Shown piece after piece: positions 1 through 15,050 of a stretch of 64,000 bases of DNA. The DNA comes from Ylistrum balloti (lineage: Eukaryota): positions 2,542,001 through 2,606,000 of the forward strand of contig NW_026782260.1 in NCBI RefSeq assembly GCF_031769215.1, given 5' to 3'. The notes beneath the pieces are model-generated. The model was not told where the DNA came from. It made no database searches and worked only from the letters and a program-made list of their open reading frames with translations. Both the position numbers and the translations under genes were made by a program. Every line of letters begins with the position of its first letter. The first letter of the stretch is position 1.

Positions 1-127
1 CATAAATCTGTATTTCTGGGCAAGATGTTCTCATTAGCTTATGTCTCAAAGGTAGTCTAATGAAAGCTGACAATTTAAGCTCGTCTTCGATAAGCCAAGG
101 CCAACCAGGCGTTAAACTGTACCCTAA

Positions 128-170
128 TCAAGGAAGATGGTCATTCGGTAAAGGTTTGTCAACATTAATC
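128..170 (-). CDS. Candidate terminal coding exon of an unidentified minus-strand host gene
   Basis: Acceptor gactgtacag. The phase-2 frame reads (T)INVDKPLPNDHLP* and is compatible with the 333-458 exon. Confidence 0.3.
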
Positions 171-332
171 CTGTACAGTCAAACCTCTACAACCTGGCTT
201 ACACTTTTCATATATTTTTCTCTCCAGTTTTTCTGGTTTATGAAAATATGATATATAACCAAGAACATTAAAATGCCAAAAACCTAAATCCCTAGAGAAA
301 GACACATATTTGCATATCAAATCAACGCTTAC

Positions 333-458
333 GTAAACATTTTAACATTCCAAGGAAGAGGAAGTAAGAAAGTCCATCCAATATTAACAATGGAGAATTC
401 ACCATTTGATAAGGCTTGTTGTATAATATCTGTATACAAATTTTGCCCTAAGTTTACA
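333..458 (-). CDS. Candidate coding exon (126 nt, phase 2-2) of an unidentified host gene
   Basis: Acceptor atttacag, donor GTAAGC. Open frame VNLGQNLYTDIIQQALSNGEFSIVNIGWTFLLPLPWNVKMF. The frame stays open to 577, so the exon could be longer. Confidence 0.45.
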
Positions 459-989
459 CTGTAAATTGTCATCACATGATAGTGTGTAGTGGTCAGTCCC
501 AGAAATGCAAAAAACAAGGCCTGCAGATAATACTCTGCGTCATGTGATATACTTGTTAACTTCAACAGGTCATTGACCTGTAACCTTGACTTTTGACCTT
601 AAGATCTTAACCTTTACTGTAATATTTGGTCACATATTTCTATTTAAAAATTTAAACCATACTTCAGAAATGTGAAACAAATTTTATCTTTTTAAGCATT
701 TAACCTCTAGACAGTCACCTCAACTGGTCCATTAATAAATTACTACTATAAATATTATGCTTCAGTGAACTAGATGTAATACATGTCAACTGAAATAGAA
801 AAACTCAAGTCCTAGTTATTACACCCCAACCTTTACTTTGAAATGGATACCTTTGAAGTTCTGGTCACATCTGTAAAAATATTTTAGCAAATTACCTCAA
901 ATATAGGCATAAATGAATGGAAGTTACTAGGGATAGAGAGGGAAATTAACACGTGTCTAAGTAGATTAAAGGAGGTGGTCCAGTGAAAC

Positions 990-1900
990 GGGATGTGATG
1001 GAAAGGAGACAAAGAGATGATGGAGGGAAATCGAGATGTGGTGGACAGAGATAGAGAAGTGATGGAAGGGAGAAAGAGACCTGAAGGAGAAAGACAGAAA
1101 GGTAAAGGAGGGAGATAGAGAGGTGGTGGAGGGATACAGTGAGGTGGGAGACAGTGAGGTGGTGGAGGGAGATAGAGACCTTGGGGAAGGGAGAAAGAGA
1201 GGTGATGGAGGGAGATAGAGACCTGAAGGAGAAAGATAGAAAGGTAAAGGAGGGAGATAGAGATGTGGTGGAGGGATACAGAGACCTGGGGGAAGGGAGA
1301 AAGAGAGGTGATGGAGGAAGATAGAGATCTGAAGGAGAAAGATAGAAAGGTAAAGGAGGGAGATACCAGAAGTGGTGGGGGGATACAGAGACCTGGGGAA
1401 GGGAGAAAGAGAGGTGATGGAGGGAGATAGAGACCTGAAGGAGAAAGATAGAAAGGTAAAGGAGGGAGATAGAGATGTGGTGGAGGGATACAGAGACCTG
1501 GGGGAAGGGAGAAAGAGAGGTGATGGAGGGAGATAGAGATCTGAAGGAGAAAGATAGAAAGGTAAAGGAGGGAGATACCAGAAGTGGTGGGGGGATACAG
1601 AGACCTGGGGGAAGGGAGAAAGAGAGGTGATGGAGGGAGATAGAGAAGTGGTGGAGGGATACAGAGACCTGGAGGAAGGGAGAAAGAGAGGTGATGGAGG
1701 CAGAAAGAGAGGTGATGGCAGGATACAGAGATGTGGTGGAGGGAGATAGAGAGATATGTAATGAAGGGAGATAGAGAGGTGATGGAGGGAGGAAGAGAGT
1801 TGGTGGAGAAAGATTGAGAAGTGAAGGAAGGAGACAGAGTGGTAGAAGGGATAAAGAGAGGTGGTGGAGGGGAAATGAGAGGTAATGGAATGAGATAAAT
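990..1900. repeat. GA-rich degenerate tandem repeat with a ~105-110-bp higher-order unit
   Basis: Recurrent acctgaaggagaaagatagaaaggtaaaggagggagat blocks. Explains ORF 884-2167. Confidence 0.9.
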
Positions 1901-1934
1901 ACTGAATGGTGGAAGATAGAAAGGTGCTGGAGGG

Positions 1935-2210
1935 AGACAGAGAGTTAGTGGAGGCATATAGAAAGGTGATAGAGAGAGACAGAGAGTTAGTGGAGGCATA
2001 TAGAAAGGTGATAGAGAGAGACAGAGAGTTAGTGGAGGCATATAGAAAGGTGATAGAGATAGACAGAGAGTTAGTGGAGGCATATAGAAAGGTGATAGAG
2101 AGAGACAGAGAGTTAGTGGAGGCATATAGAAAGGTGATAGAGAGAGACAGAGAGTTAGTGGAGGCATATAGAAAGGTGATAGAGAGAGACAGAGAGTTAG
2201 TGGAGGGAGA
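1935..2210. repeat. 42-bp minisatellite, ~6.5 copies
   Basis: Unit agagagacagagagttagtggaggcatatagaaaggtgatag. Confidence 0.95.
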
Positions 2211-2544
2211 TAAAGAGTTGGTTGGCAGACATTTAAGACTCGTTATTACAAGTAGTTAAATAATTATATGCTAAAACAGTGATGGTGAAAAATTATAAAC
2301 ATTCTTCAAAGGGACATACCACATTTACAGTTAAGAGAAAAAAATTAAAATATGATTGACAATAAATATATGGACAGCATGTCAATCAAGCCGTGACTTG
2401 TGGTTTGACTGTCTACGTGTCCTGAATCTTAAACAAGCCAACACAAAAGTTTTTCCATCTCACTCCTAAATAACATATTGTCATAACTGTCAGCCATCTA
2501 ATATGTGTACACTGATCATTACTACTAAACCTTTGGATGTCATT

Positions 2545-3362
2545 ATTACTACACTGGTGAGTGAGAATATTGTAGTGTTTTACTACAGGGGAGGACAGTT
2601 ACTGGTGAGTGAGGGTAGTATACTTACTACAGAGGAGGGCAGTTACTGGTGAGTGAGGGTAGTATATTTACTACAGAGGAGGGCAGTTACTGGTGAGTGA
2701 GGGTAGTATATTTACTACAGAGGAGGGCAGTTACTGGTGAGTGAGAATATTGTAGTGTTTTACTACAGGGGAGGACAGTTACTGGTGAGTGAGGGTAGTA
2801 TATTTACTACAGAGGAGGGCAGTTACTGGTGAGTGAGGGTAGTATACTTACTACAGAGGAGGGCAGTTACTGGTGAGTGAGGGTAGTATACTTACTACAG
2901 AGGAGGGCAGTTACTGGTGAGTGAGGGTAGTATACTTACTACAGAGGAAGGCAGTTACTGGTGAGTGAGGGTAGTATACTTACTACAGAGGAGGGCAGTT
3001 ATGGTGAGTGAGGGTAGTATACTTACTACAGAGGAGGGCAGTTACTGGTGAGTGAGGGTAGTATACTTACTACAGAGGAGGGCAGTTACTGGTGAGTGAG
3101 GGTAGTATACTTACTACAGAGGAGGGCAGTTACGGTGAGTGAGGGTAGTATACTTACTACAGAGGAGGGCAGTTACTGGTGAGTGAGGGTAGTATACTTA
3201 CTACAAAGGAAGGCAGTTACTGGTGAGTGAGGGTAGTACTACAGAGGAAGGCAGTTACGGTGAGTGAGGGTAGTATACTTACTACAGAGGAGGGCAGTTA
3301 CTGGTGAGTGAGGGTAGTATACTTACTACAGAGGAAGGCAGTTACTGGTGAGTGAGGGTATT
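2545..3362. repeat. 44-bp minisatellite, ~18 copies
   Basis: Unit gagtgagggtagtatacttactacagaggagggcagttactggt. Confidence 0.95.
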
Positions 3363-3429
3363 GCATGTGATGACAAAAAGGCACATCATCTGGTCTAGGC
3401 TACAACCAACTTCAGCAGGCCCTTCCCAT
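3346..3429 (-). CDS. Candidate coding exon (84 nt, phase 2-2) between two minisatellites
   Basis: Strong acceptor tttatctttactttcag, donor GTAACT. Only one frame is open: WEGPAEVGCSLDQMMCLFVITCNTLTH. Confidence 0.45.
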
Positions 3430-3479
3430 CTGAAAGTAAAGATAAACAGTGGTATATGAGGGTCATAGAGGTGAGGGTG

Positions 3480-4190
3480 ATAAACACAGATAAGGACAAC
3501 ATTATTTACACAACAGTGTAGTGATACACACAGACAAGGCCTACATTATTTACACAAGTGTAATGATACACACAGACAAGGCCTACATCATTTACACAAG
3601 TGTTGTGATACACACAGATAAGGACTACATTATTTACACAACAGTGTAGTGATACACACAGGCAAGGACTACATTGTTTACACAATGGTGTAGTGATACA
3701 CAGACATGGCCTACATTATTTACACAAGTGTAGTGATACACACAGACAAGGACTACATTATTTACACAACAGTGTAGTGATACACACAGACAAGGACTAC
3801 ATTGTTTACACAACAGTGTAGTGATACACACAGGCAAGGACTACATTATTTACACAACAGTGTAGTGATACACACAGACAAGGACTACATTATTTACACA
3901 AAAGTGTAGTGATACACACAGGCAAGGACTACATTATTTACACAACAGTGTAGTGATACACACAGACAAGGACTACATTGATTACACAATGGTGTAGTGA
4001 TACACAGACATGGCCTACATTATTTACACAAGTGTAGTGATACACACAGACAAGGACTACATTATTTACACAACAGTGTAGTGATACACACAGACAAGGA
4101 CTACATTGTTTACACAATGGTGTAGTGATACACAGACAAAGACTACAATGTTTACACAACTGTGTATGATACACAAAGACAATATTTAAG
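3480..4190. repeat. 41-44-bp minisatellite, ~16 copies
   Basis: Unit gtagtgatacacacagacaaggactacattatttacacaacagt. Confidence 0.95.
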
Positions 4191-7100
4191 ATGATCAACT
4201 CTCTGAGACAAAGGTGAAATCAGTTTTTTTTCTTTTTTTCAAATTTAAGAAATAAAATGTAAATCACCATGATAGGACTAATCCAACATGTTTATTCAAA
4301 CATCTATGAGAGCAACATAATCACCATGAGTCAGTTTTAGGTGAAATTATTACTAGCTAAAACCCATCATTTGTTATCTTATAAATAAATAAAGCACGAT
4401 TATTAAGGTTCATCATAATGAAAACCCACTTATTGGTCAAACAGTGGCAACTGAAGACAGAGGAAATGTTTTCTCCATGTTAAATGAGATTGTGTACAAA
4501 TAATAGCTAATAACCATTGTTATAGCCGTTATTGTACAGAGGTGAACATTCTGTGAGGCTTAGTCATAAACAGTATAATGGTAACTCCAGATCAGTCAAA
4601 CAGTACAATATTTGATGCATTGAAATAATTGCTGCCTTGTTCTACCATTAAGGAAACTACCTGCAGATTTATGACTTAGTATACAGGCCTTTCTGATTCA
4701 TAACCGATAGAGCTATAGGTTTCATTAAACTACAGCTGATCTAAAGCTTCTACCTCAATTTTGTACAGATTGAAACAGGAAGTGAGTTTCATAAACATTC
4801 TTCAGGAAATTGGCAAGTTCCACCACCGTAAAAAAATAAAACCAAAATACTGAAATTACTGAAAGACTGAACGTGTTGAAAATATATATATTTGTGACTT
4901 TTAATGTGAGATTTAATCCTTTATAGAAGATGACTATCAACAGTGTAATTTGGAATTTCGAAGACATTTTCAATCATAACAGTGAAATTTGCGCGAAATG
5001 TACAATTCACAGAGACAATTTAAAGTTCCAGATCAAGAGATTACCGCTGGATTGGTATTAGATATTGATTGTTACTATTATGACATTCTTAATGGCCCTT
5101 CAACACATAAAAGGTATATTGAACCCGCGACAAACTTTCACCATTGATTATATATTGTTTATTTTGTTATCATAAAAACCTGCTGGTAAAAGTGCACACA
5201 TCATACGTAGTTGTAAGATTTTCAATTTTTTTGTGGCAAGATCAAAGATTTTTGTTAGTCTGCCATAATTGATGGTTGGGATTATCTGGCCCGTAAACAT
5301 TTATGAGCAACAAAAATAAATGTAACAATTACTGCAAATGCAAATTAACTGACTTAACATCATCCAAGATGAAGTGTTTTAAAATGTGTTAGTAACTATA
5401 GCAAGACAGGAAATTTGTGATCGGTAAGACAATGACCTGTGTGGAACACTGAAAAATATGTCGATTATATAGGACTATCTTCTGAAACACTTCCATTTTC
5501 GAATGTCAAGTTATGACAAGATTTATTTTATTCTCTCTCACGTTCGCTATTGCAACTGAGGGTCCATGGTTCAAACTTGTCTCCTTTTTTTGTGCTGGCT
5601 AAAGTTTAGCCAGGACATATAAGTATGCAGAGTCTGCACTGAATCTTATCACTACGAAATTTTTATTTATTACAATCGGCCTCATCGGTGTTTACGAAGC
5701 ATAACCTTTTTATAACTACTTATTCCAATTATCTTTTCAAAATGTGTAGTGAAAGACCGTTACTCTTTGACAAAGTATACACTTGCCTATATTCAATACT
5801 CCATATACTAATTGCTAATGCAATACAGAATTGGGGCCTCAGTTTGTGTCTGCTGGTGCAGCACGATGTGACAGAAGGTCATGAAAGAAAACTTCACTCA
5901 TGGAGATTGTTACTACCTGGTTTGTGTATAATATTGTGTGAAGTGGAATATAAAACCCGAGATCCTTATGCGTTATATATACAGTCATAACGATTATGGT
6001 ATGGATTCCTTCTAGTAATCGATTTTATTCTCTATTAAATAAACATAAAAATAAATGACACTGCTCTCAAGTGCATGATACACATTCACACGTGTACCAT
6101 CGACAATCAAGGAAAATTTATCTCTCCACATTAACTTAACAAATTTTACAATTATCAACGTGAAATTCGGTACAAGGATTTATTATAATCATATTAACAA
6201 TACGTTTTTTGATGTCATTAACGTCTTCGAGTATTTTAGACAAGTGTCTGAAGATGCATCACAATTAGCCATTGTATTTGTATAAAACTTACACATGTGT
6301 CTAGGTGTTATTTTCACTAAAGTAAAAACGTCATAGCTGTCAGGTATGAAACTGAAACTTCATATATCAACAAACTATAATCATATTAAGTATATATCTT
6401 TTGATATCATTTATTTTATTTAGTATTTGAAGATATATATTCAAAGACTCTGCCCTTCAGTGTACACTGCTGTCGGCAATCGAGGAAATTTAACTCTCCA
6501 TTACTCAATTAACATTGCAAATATCAACATAAAACTTTGTAAAAAGGTGTATTGTGATCATATCTATAACGTTGTGAGTATTTCAAACATGTTTTCCGAA
6601 TGAAAAGTCTTTACGACTCTTACTGCTGCTGATTATCACTTGTGGCCGACTTTTTCATAGACCGCTGAGAAAAGATGTCATAATCCCACGATCTCATAAT
6701 TCTGTGCGTTCTGCCATATTGTCCCGCCACGGCAATACTAGTTCATGATTGACCCAAATCTCAATTAGGATGTTTTCATTAACATCAGGTCTGTCAATTT
6801 TGTTGTATTTTTAATTAAACATAACTGCCAACTTTCCCAATTCAGTTTTCACTCCCCAGCCCTGTCTCCTGATCCTATAGATTAAAATTGGGAGCACACA
6901 TGTACATCGTCGATTGTTCCCTAACTAATTAACAGTAGACCATTGGTCAGGACTGAGAAGAGGGGCGCTGGTAAATGGTGGAATAAGATGAGGTCAATCT
7001 ACTGATAATTACGTAATTATTACCATGTTTATACTATCTATACGCCAAACAACAAATTCAACAAGAAAATGATTTGAAAAACGAGCTTTATGATGTAACA

Positions 7101-9764
7101 ATGTGCAAGCATTCCTCAATCAATACCAATGATTGAACTCAATCAGTCCTTAAAAATGACTAAGTTGGCATCATAAGAGAAAGTTTCTCTCACTGAAAAG
7201 TTGACAAAAATTCAAGCGTGTTGGGTTCTCCCCTAAAAAAGTGATAATGGTTAAACAGGAAGTAGCTACACTTATGCAAAATATGAATGGATCCAGACCA
7301 AATTTCTGGACTTGTATCTACCTGTCTACAGTTATTTTCTAAATACAGCCAAACGTCTATGAATCAAACTTCAATGAATCAAGTTTCTTGATTTATCAGA
7401 GTTTTTTCACAGACTGTAAGCTATGATAACAGTCATTGACACCACATGATTATAACAAAATTATTTACCTATACAGGTATTTTCGCCACGCATCAAAATT
7501 TTCACATATTTCAATGAAGAGTGCTACCCGAGAACGGTATTATGATAGCCGCTATCACTGGCTCTGTGTTACAAGGTTAATTAATGAATGGACACAGCTT
7601 AAAATTTAATTGCTTACTTACAAGCCATGATATGTATCAAAGATAATGGGACGTTGTGTGACGTTCACTGCTGCCATTGTGGTCACTGCATTTAGTTAGG
7701 TCTAATTTATGGAATTTTGAAAACAATCGGAGGAAATCCTATCACTTGTATGATGATTTCATTCCTTCCTAAACTGTCACTTTTCATTTTTAAGCATAAA
7801 TGCATGAGAAACATAGTAATTTATCTGTCAATCATACGTTTTTTCAATTGATTCAGACTAGCCGTCGTCTGAACATCGGCAAACACCCTTTTAATTTCTA
7901 CGACTGAAGATGTGTGATGTTAGCGCTGTCATTTCCTGACAGAACACATTAAATTACTTTGCTTTCTTTGAAATTCATTAGTACCTATAACATTTATGTA
8001 TCAGCCTTGAAATAATTACTGTAACATTTGAAGACCACTTTAATGCTGCGCGTTGTTTCATTTAGAATTGATCCGTAAAATACATATATTGTGAGACATG
8101 AAGGCACAAATGTAAACGTATGAACACATTATCGATACCTTGTTGATTTCTATTTCTAAGTTATGACTTTTTTCATCAATAAAATGCTTTGTTTTAAGAT
8201 AAAAATGTGTCTTTTCAGTTACACTCGTGTTTTGGTATTTGTTGTGTTTGTTCAGGTAGAAATATTGCGTCATCAACTATATATAGCCATGAACATGAAA
8301 ACATCAATATAACCGACCACGAATGATTCAGTCTCAATGTATCAATGCTTTTTTGTAGTCCCTTGAACTTCGAATAGAAGTTTGAATTTAAAAGAATAAA
8401 TTACAACTTGATCCTTACTTGCGGAAAAAAGCAGATATTTTTGCATTCTATATTAAAGGATACACTTTATCAATTTAAAGCTATATAGAAGTATAGATTA
8501 AATATACATTTATTAATTTTTCCTTTTGTGACAAATGTTGCGACACGCAAGGTATTGTGGTGAGTCAAAAATGTTGTTCACAAACTTATCTCCCTTGTGA
8601 GAATTTTGAAAAGTTGAAAGGTAGAGTATAATTCTTGATTGTCTCATTGTGAGAGTATACATGCACGACACAGTTTTGAAAAATGGTGGGATTGTTTATA
8701 GTATATGTTTTGTAGCTAGATGTCACTGTTGGAATATTTCCACCAATCAGAAACCTCGGATTGGTAGTAACAGCTAGTTTCAAAGTCTGAAACTATAACT
8801 GTGTGGTGTTTATGGCCTAAAAATGAATACAAAAGTTACGAAATATTTCAAGCACTATAATCTCTTCAACATCATGAAAAATGTTGCTCTTTTTAATTAA
8901 AAAGAAATAAATAGCATAGATCTAGAATCCATAACTGACCATGTTTATCCGTACCTGGTCCGACTTATAAGTATATCGCCAGACTGATTTTATAGAACCT
9001 GTAAAACTTACGTAATATACAGTATTTACGTGTACTATACTTTAAACATTTCTTTCTTGATCAAAGCATTATTTTTATAAGCCAAAGGAGAAAAGTCCAG
9101 TCATGATAAGAATATTATTGAAAGTATTTTGTGAAGTATTAGTGTTAATTTCAAGAAAATGCCAGTTCCATATTTTCCAGTGTGCCTTAAAATGTCCCAG
9201 TGCCCCAAATACCTGGAGTTACAGGAAACAATAGACCTGGACACCTAGTACACAGACCTGCTACAGTACACAGATATCATGATCGCCTGACCCCAGGGCA
9301 CTGCCTACACCTCCTACAACACACGCTATTTATAGATCAGTCTTCCAGGTAGAGTAAGGATAGATTATAAACAGTTAAATGTTAGTGTAGACGTTTCCAT
9401 ATCAGAGTTTTTCTAACAGTACAACATGACAAAAAGCTGTGACGGTTAATCACAGGTAAATTGATAAAAGGTAGTATTAGGTTAATTTAAGATACTGCTG
9501 TGATATACCAGTGTCATAATGTTGTACTTACTGAGTCAAGGTAAGTCATATACAGAAGTCATTCTTTATACAAATGTAGGCAATATTAAGTTAAATCCTT
9601 GGTCCCTATATTACATGTAGACAGTGTAAACCCCTTTATAAGTATATAGTCAGACAGATATCATTATCAGCCCGCGATCATTACACTCGACTGTTACTGC
9701 AGCTAGCTAAAGGACCTAGGTGCACTGAATAATTGGTGTTTTCATTGGCATGGACTATCACTCA

Positions 9765-10510
9765 CTCCTCCAGGTAAATACACAACCAGTATGCACTACC
9801 ATACTCCCCCACATAAATACACACCTGATATGGATTACAACATACCTCCAGGTAAATACACACCTGGTAGGGACTACCACACACCACTAGGTAAATACCC
9901 ACCTGGTATGGACTACCACATACCTCCAGGTAAATACACACCTGGTATGGACTACCACACACCACTAGGTAAATACCCACCTGGTATGGACTACCACACA
10001 CCACTAGGTAAATACCCACCTGGTATGGACTACCACACACCTCCAGGTAAATACACACCTAGTATGGACTACCACACACCTCCAGGTAAATACACACCTG
10101 GTATGGACTACCACATACCTCTAGGTAAATACCCACCTGGTATGGACTACCACATACCTCCAGGTAAATACACACCTGGTATGGACTACCACACACCTCC
10201 AGGTAAATACACACCTTGTATGGACTACCACATACCTCCAGGTAAATACACACCTGGTATGGACTACCACATACCTCCAGGTAAATACACACCTGGTATG
10301 GACTACCACATACCTCTAGGTAAATACATACCTGGTAGGGACTACCACAGACCTCCAGGTAAATACACACCTGGTATGGACTACCACACACCTCCAGGTA
10401 AATACACACCTAGTATGGACCACCACACACCTCCAGGTAAATATACACCTTGTATGGACTACCACACACCTCCAGGTAAATACACACCTGGTAGGGACTA
10501 CCACACACTC
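9765..10510. repeat. 39-bp minisatellite, ~19 copies
   Basis: Unit cctccaggtaaatacacacctggtatggactaccacaca. Confidence 0.95.
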
Positions 10511-11284
10511 AGGTGCATTTGACATCTAATAAAGTGAATTTGATATTCAATACATTTCAGTAATTGTGAAATTGTTATTCATAATACTAACAGTGAATCT
10601 GGTATTCAATTTATGTGTTCATGATATAAAGAAAAATAATTCTATTTTCAAACACCCTGACAATCCTTGGAATTTTATTCTTTTCCAGAAATCATGACAA
10701 TACAATATAATCATGCCCTATCATTATTTTAAATTCAAAAATTTTAACATTAAAAAAAAAAAGGTGCGTATATGTTAATTAACTCATCATTCAGTAGTAA
10801 ACACATTATACACAAAACTATCATTATACACTTAGTACATGTGTACTAATAGGTTGAAGATAAAATTAAAATATATTTTATTAAGAGTACTTCCTAATAT
10901 GAGTACACAGTATCTACTTTGGTCTTTAATCTGCCTTACGTTGTTAGCTTACCTAGAACTTACATATGTACCTATATTTAGATGTATCTGATAAATATTC
11001 ATGAAGGTCATCGTACTATTGATTAAAGGTAAACAGCTTGGTTCACCAACGTTGTCAAACTCGAACAACCCACTCAAACAGAAACACATTAAAACAATCC
11101 TAGCCACACTTAAATGCAACAGATCTGTAGACTGAATTATTCTATACAAAACACACTCTGTAACTAAGCAGTGTTAAATGTTTGAATCTGTAGCCCATAC
11201 ACATGTAATTAAAATCTCTAGACATCCAGACCTATTTGTAGACCTATAACCTCGACTATCTCAAAAACATAGTCAAAAACATAA

Positions 11285-12190
11285 TGATACAGCTGGGCAT
11301 ATCAGTTATACCAACTACCTCCACTGTCTCAAAGATACAGCTGGACCTATCAGTTATACCAACCATCTCCACTGTCTCAAAGATACAGCTGGACCTATCA
11401 GTTATACCAACAATCTCCACTGTCTCAAAGATACAGCTGGACCTATCAGATATACCAACTACCTCCACTGTCTCAAAGATACAGCTGGACGTATCAGTTA
11501 TACCAACCATCTCCACTGTCTCAAAGATACATCTGGACCTATCAGATATACCAACTACCTCCACTGTCTCAAAGATACAGCTGGACATATCAATTATACC
11601 AACTACCTCCACTGTCTCAAAGATACAGCTGGACAAATCAGTTATACCAACTACCTCCACTGTCTCAAAGACACAGCTGGACATATCAGTTATACCAACT
11701 ACCTCCACTGTCTCAAAGATACAGCTGGACATATCAGTTACACCAACTACCTCCACTGTCTCAAAAGATACAGCTGGATGTATCAAAGATACAGCTGGAT
11801 GTATCAGATATACCAACTACCTCCACTGTCTCAAAGACACAGCCAAACGTTTCTATAGACATACCAATCATCTTCATCGTCTCAAAGACACAGCCAAACT
11901 TATCTCCAGGCATACCAATCATCTTCATTGTCTCAAAGACACAGCCAAAAACCTATCTCCAGGCATACCAATCATCTTCATCGTCTCAAAGACACAGCCA
12001 AACCTATCTCTAGGCATACCAATCATCTTCATCGTCTCAAAGACACAGCCAAACCTATCTCCAGGCATACCAATCATCTTCATTGTCTCAAAGACAGCCA
12101 AACCTATCTCCAGGCATACCAATCATCTTCATTGTCTCAAAGACAGCCAAACCTATCTCCAGGCATACCAATCATCTTCATCGTCTCAAA
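11285..12190. repeat. Compound minisatellite: 48-bp units (to about 11830), then related 49-51-bp units
   Basis: Unit ctgtctcaaagatacagctggacatatcagttataccaactacctcca, then gtctcaaagacacagccaaacctatctccaggcataccaatcatcttcat. Confidence 0.95.
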
Positions 12191-12233
12191 GATATAGTCA
12201 AATTTATCTGCAGACATTTTGTGTGTAAATCTA
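12169..12233 (-). CDS. Candidate coding exon (65 nt)
   Basis: Acceptor gatttacag, donor G|GTATGC. Reads RFTHKMSADKFDYIFETMKMI. Its 3' end is also the first unit of the 51-bp array. Confidence 0.35.
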
Positions 12234-12835
12234 CTGTAAATCATCCGATGGTTCATGTGTGTTGTTTTTACTGGAAAATCACCTGATAATATGAAAGAGT
12301 GACAGATTTGTGGCTGTTAACCAGTAAGTGATAAGAGATTTGTTTTGTTAACCATAAAGGTTTGGGTTTTTTTGTACAGTGTTCGTGTGAGCTATCGATA
12401 TCAATAATCGCTGTTACAGCATCAAAATAACTGACTCAGGCTGAAACTCCTGTGTCTTTTTGTATTTTATCTGTATTTGATGATATCTTGGAGCAATTTG
12501 ATAAAATTTACAAAATACAAATTATCCAAACATTGGTGTTGATGGATTAATAAAAAAATAACCATTATTTTTTCATCCTGGTACTAAAAACTGTTTCCTG
12601 TCGTGTTGTCATACATCCTTAATTCCTTATAGATCTATGTCCAGCTACAGAAATGTAAACAAACATTATATATCAGCATCATCTTTAAAACTGTTCTTGT
12701 TCAGATGGAACCAGTTACAACTGCGACATGTAAATAACAAGAAAACCTAACACATACAGACGTAGCAGTGATGTTTCTCGACCTATCCTCATTCCAGAAA
12801 ACCTTGATGAATAAACTAATAGAAAGTATGCAAAA

Positions 12836-15050
12836 TACAGAGGTCACATACATACACCACATACCCTCTACTGATCTAAATATACTGAGGTATAAATCTA
12901 TACAGGGGGTCACATACATACACTACATACCCTCTACTGATCTAAATATACTGAGGTATAAATCTATACAGGGGGTCACATACATACACCACATACCCTC
13001 TACTGATCTAAATATACTGAGGTATAAATCTATACAGGGGGTCACATACATACACCACATACCCTCTACTGATCTAAATATACTGAGGTATAAATCTATA
13101 CAGGGGGTCACATACATACATACCCTCTACTGATCTAAATATACTGAGGTATAAATCTATACAGGGGGTCACATACATACACTACATACCCTCTACTGAT
13201 CTAAATATACTGAGGTATAAATCTATACAGGGGGTCACATACATACACCACATACCCTCTACTGATCTAAATATACTGAGGTATAAATCTATACAGGGGG
13301 TCACATACATACACCCTCTACTGATCTAAATATACTGAGGTATAAATCTATACAGGGGGTCACATACATACACTACATACCCTCTACTGATCTAAATATA
13401 CTGAGGTATAAATCTATACAGGGGGTCACATACATACACCACATACCCTCTACTGATCTAAATATACTGAGGTATAAATCTATACAGGGGGTCACATACA
13501 TACACCCTCTACTGATCTAAATATACTGAGGTATAAATCTATACAGGGGGTCACATACATACACTACATACCCTCTACTGATCTAAATATACTGAGGTAT
13601 AAATCTATACAGGGGGTCACATACATACACCACATACCCTCTACTGATCTAAATATACTGAGGTATAAATCTATACAGGGGGTCACATACATACACCACA
13701 TACCCTCTACTGATCTAAATATACTGAGGTATAAATCTATACAGGGGGTCACATACATACACCACATACCCTCTACTGATCTAAATATACTGAGGTATAA
13801 ATCTATACAGGGGGTCACATACATACACTACATACCCTCTACTGATCTAAATATACTGAGGTATAAATCTATACAGGGGGTCACATACATACACCCTCTA
13901 CTGATCTAAATATACTGAGGTATAAATCTATACAGGGGGTCACATACATACACCCTCTACTGATCTAAATATACTGAGGTATAAATCTATACAGGGGGTC
14001 ACATACATACACTACATACCCTTTACTGATCTAAATATACTGAGGTATAAATCTATACAGGGGGTCACATACATACACCCTCTACTGATCTAAATATATT
14101 GAGGTATAAATCTATACAGGGGGTCACATACATACACCCTCCTCTGATCTAAATATACTGAGGTATAAATCTATACAGGGGGTCACATACATACACTACA
14201 TACCCTTTACTGATCTAAATATACTGAGGTATAAATCTATACAGGGGGTCACATACATACACTACATACCCTCTACTGATCTAAATATACTGAGGTATAA
14301 ATCTATACAGGGGGTCACATACATACACCACATACCCTCTACTGATCTAAATACATTGAGGTATAAATCTATACAGGGGGTCACATACATACACTACATA
14401 CCCTTTACTGATCTAAATACATTGAGGTATAAATCTATACAGGGGGTCACATACATACACTACATACCCTTTACTGATCTAAATACATTGAGGTATAAAT
14501 CTATACAGGGGGTCACATACATACACCACATACCCTCTACTGATCTAAATATACTGAGGTATAAATCTATACAGGGGGTCACATACATACACCACATACC
14601 CTCTACTGATCTAAATATACTGAGGTATAAATCTATACAGGGGGTCACATACATACACCACATACCCTCTACTGATCTAAATATACTGAGGTATAAATCT
14701 ATACAGGGGGTCACATACATACACCACATACCCTTTACTGATCTAAATATACTGAGGTATAAATCTATACAGGGGGTCACATACATACACCACATACCCT
14801 CTACTGATCTAAATATACTGAGGTATAAATCTATACAGGGGGTCACATACATACACTACATACCCTCTACTGATCTAAATATACTGAGGTATAAATCTAT
14901 ACAGGGGGTCACATACATACACCACATACCCTTTACTGATCTAAATATACTGAGGTATAAATCTATACAGGGGGTCACATACATACACCACATACCCTCT
15001 ACTGATCTAAATATACTGAGGTATAAATCTATACAGGGGGTCATGTACAT
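12836..15050. repeat. 66-bp minisatellite (58-bp variant), ~34 highly homogeneous copies
   Basis: Unit cacatacatacaccacataccctctactgatctaaatatactgaggtataaatctatacagggggt. Confidence 0.97.
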
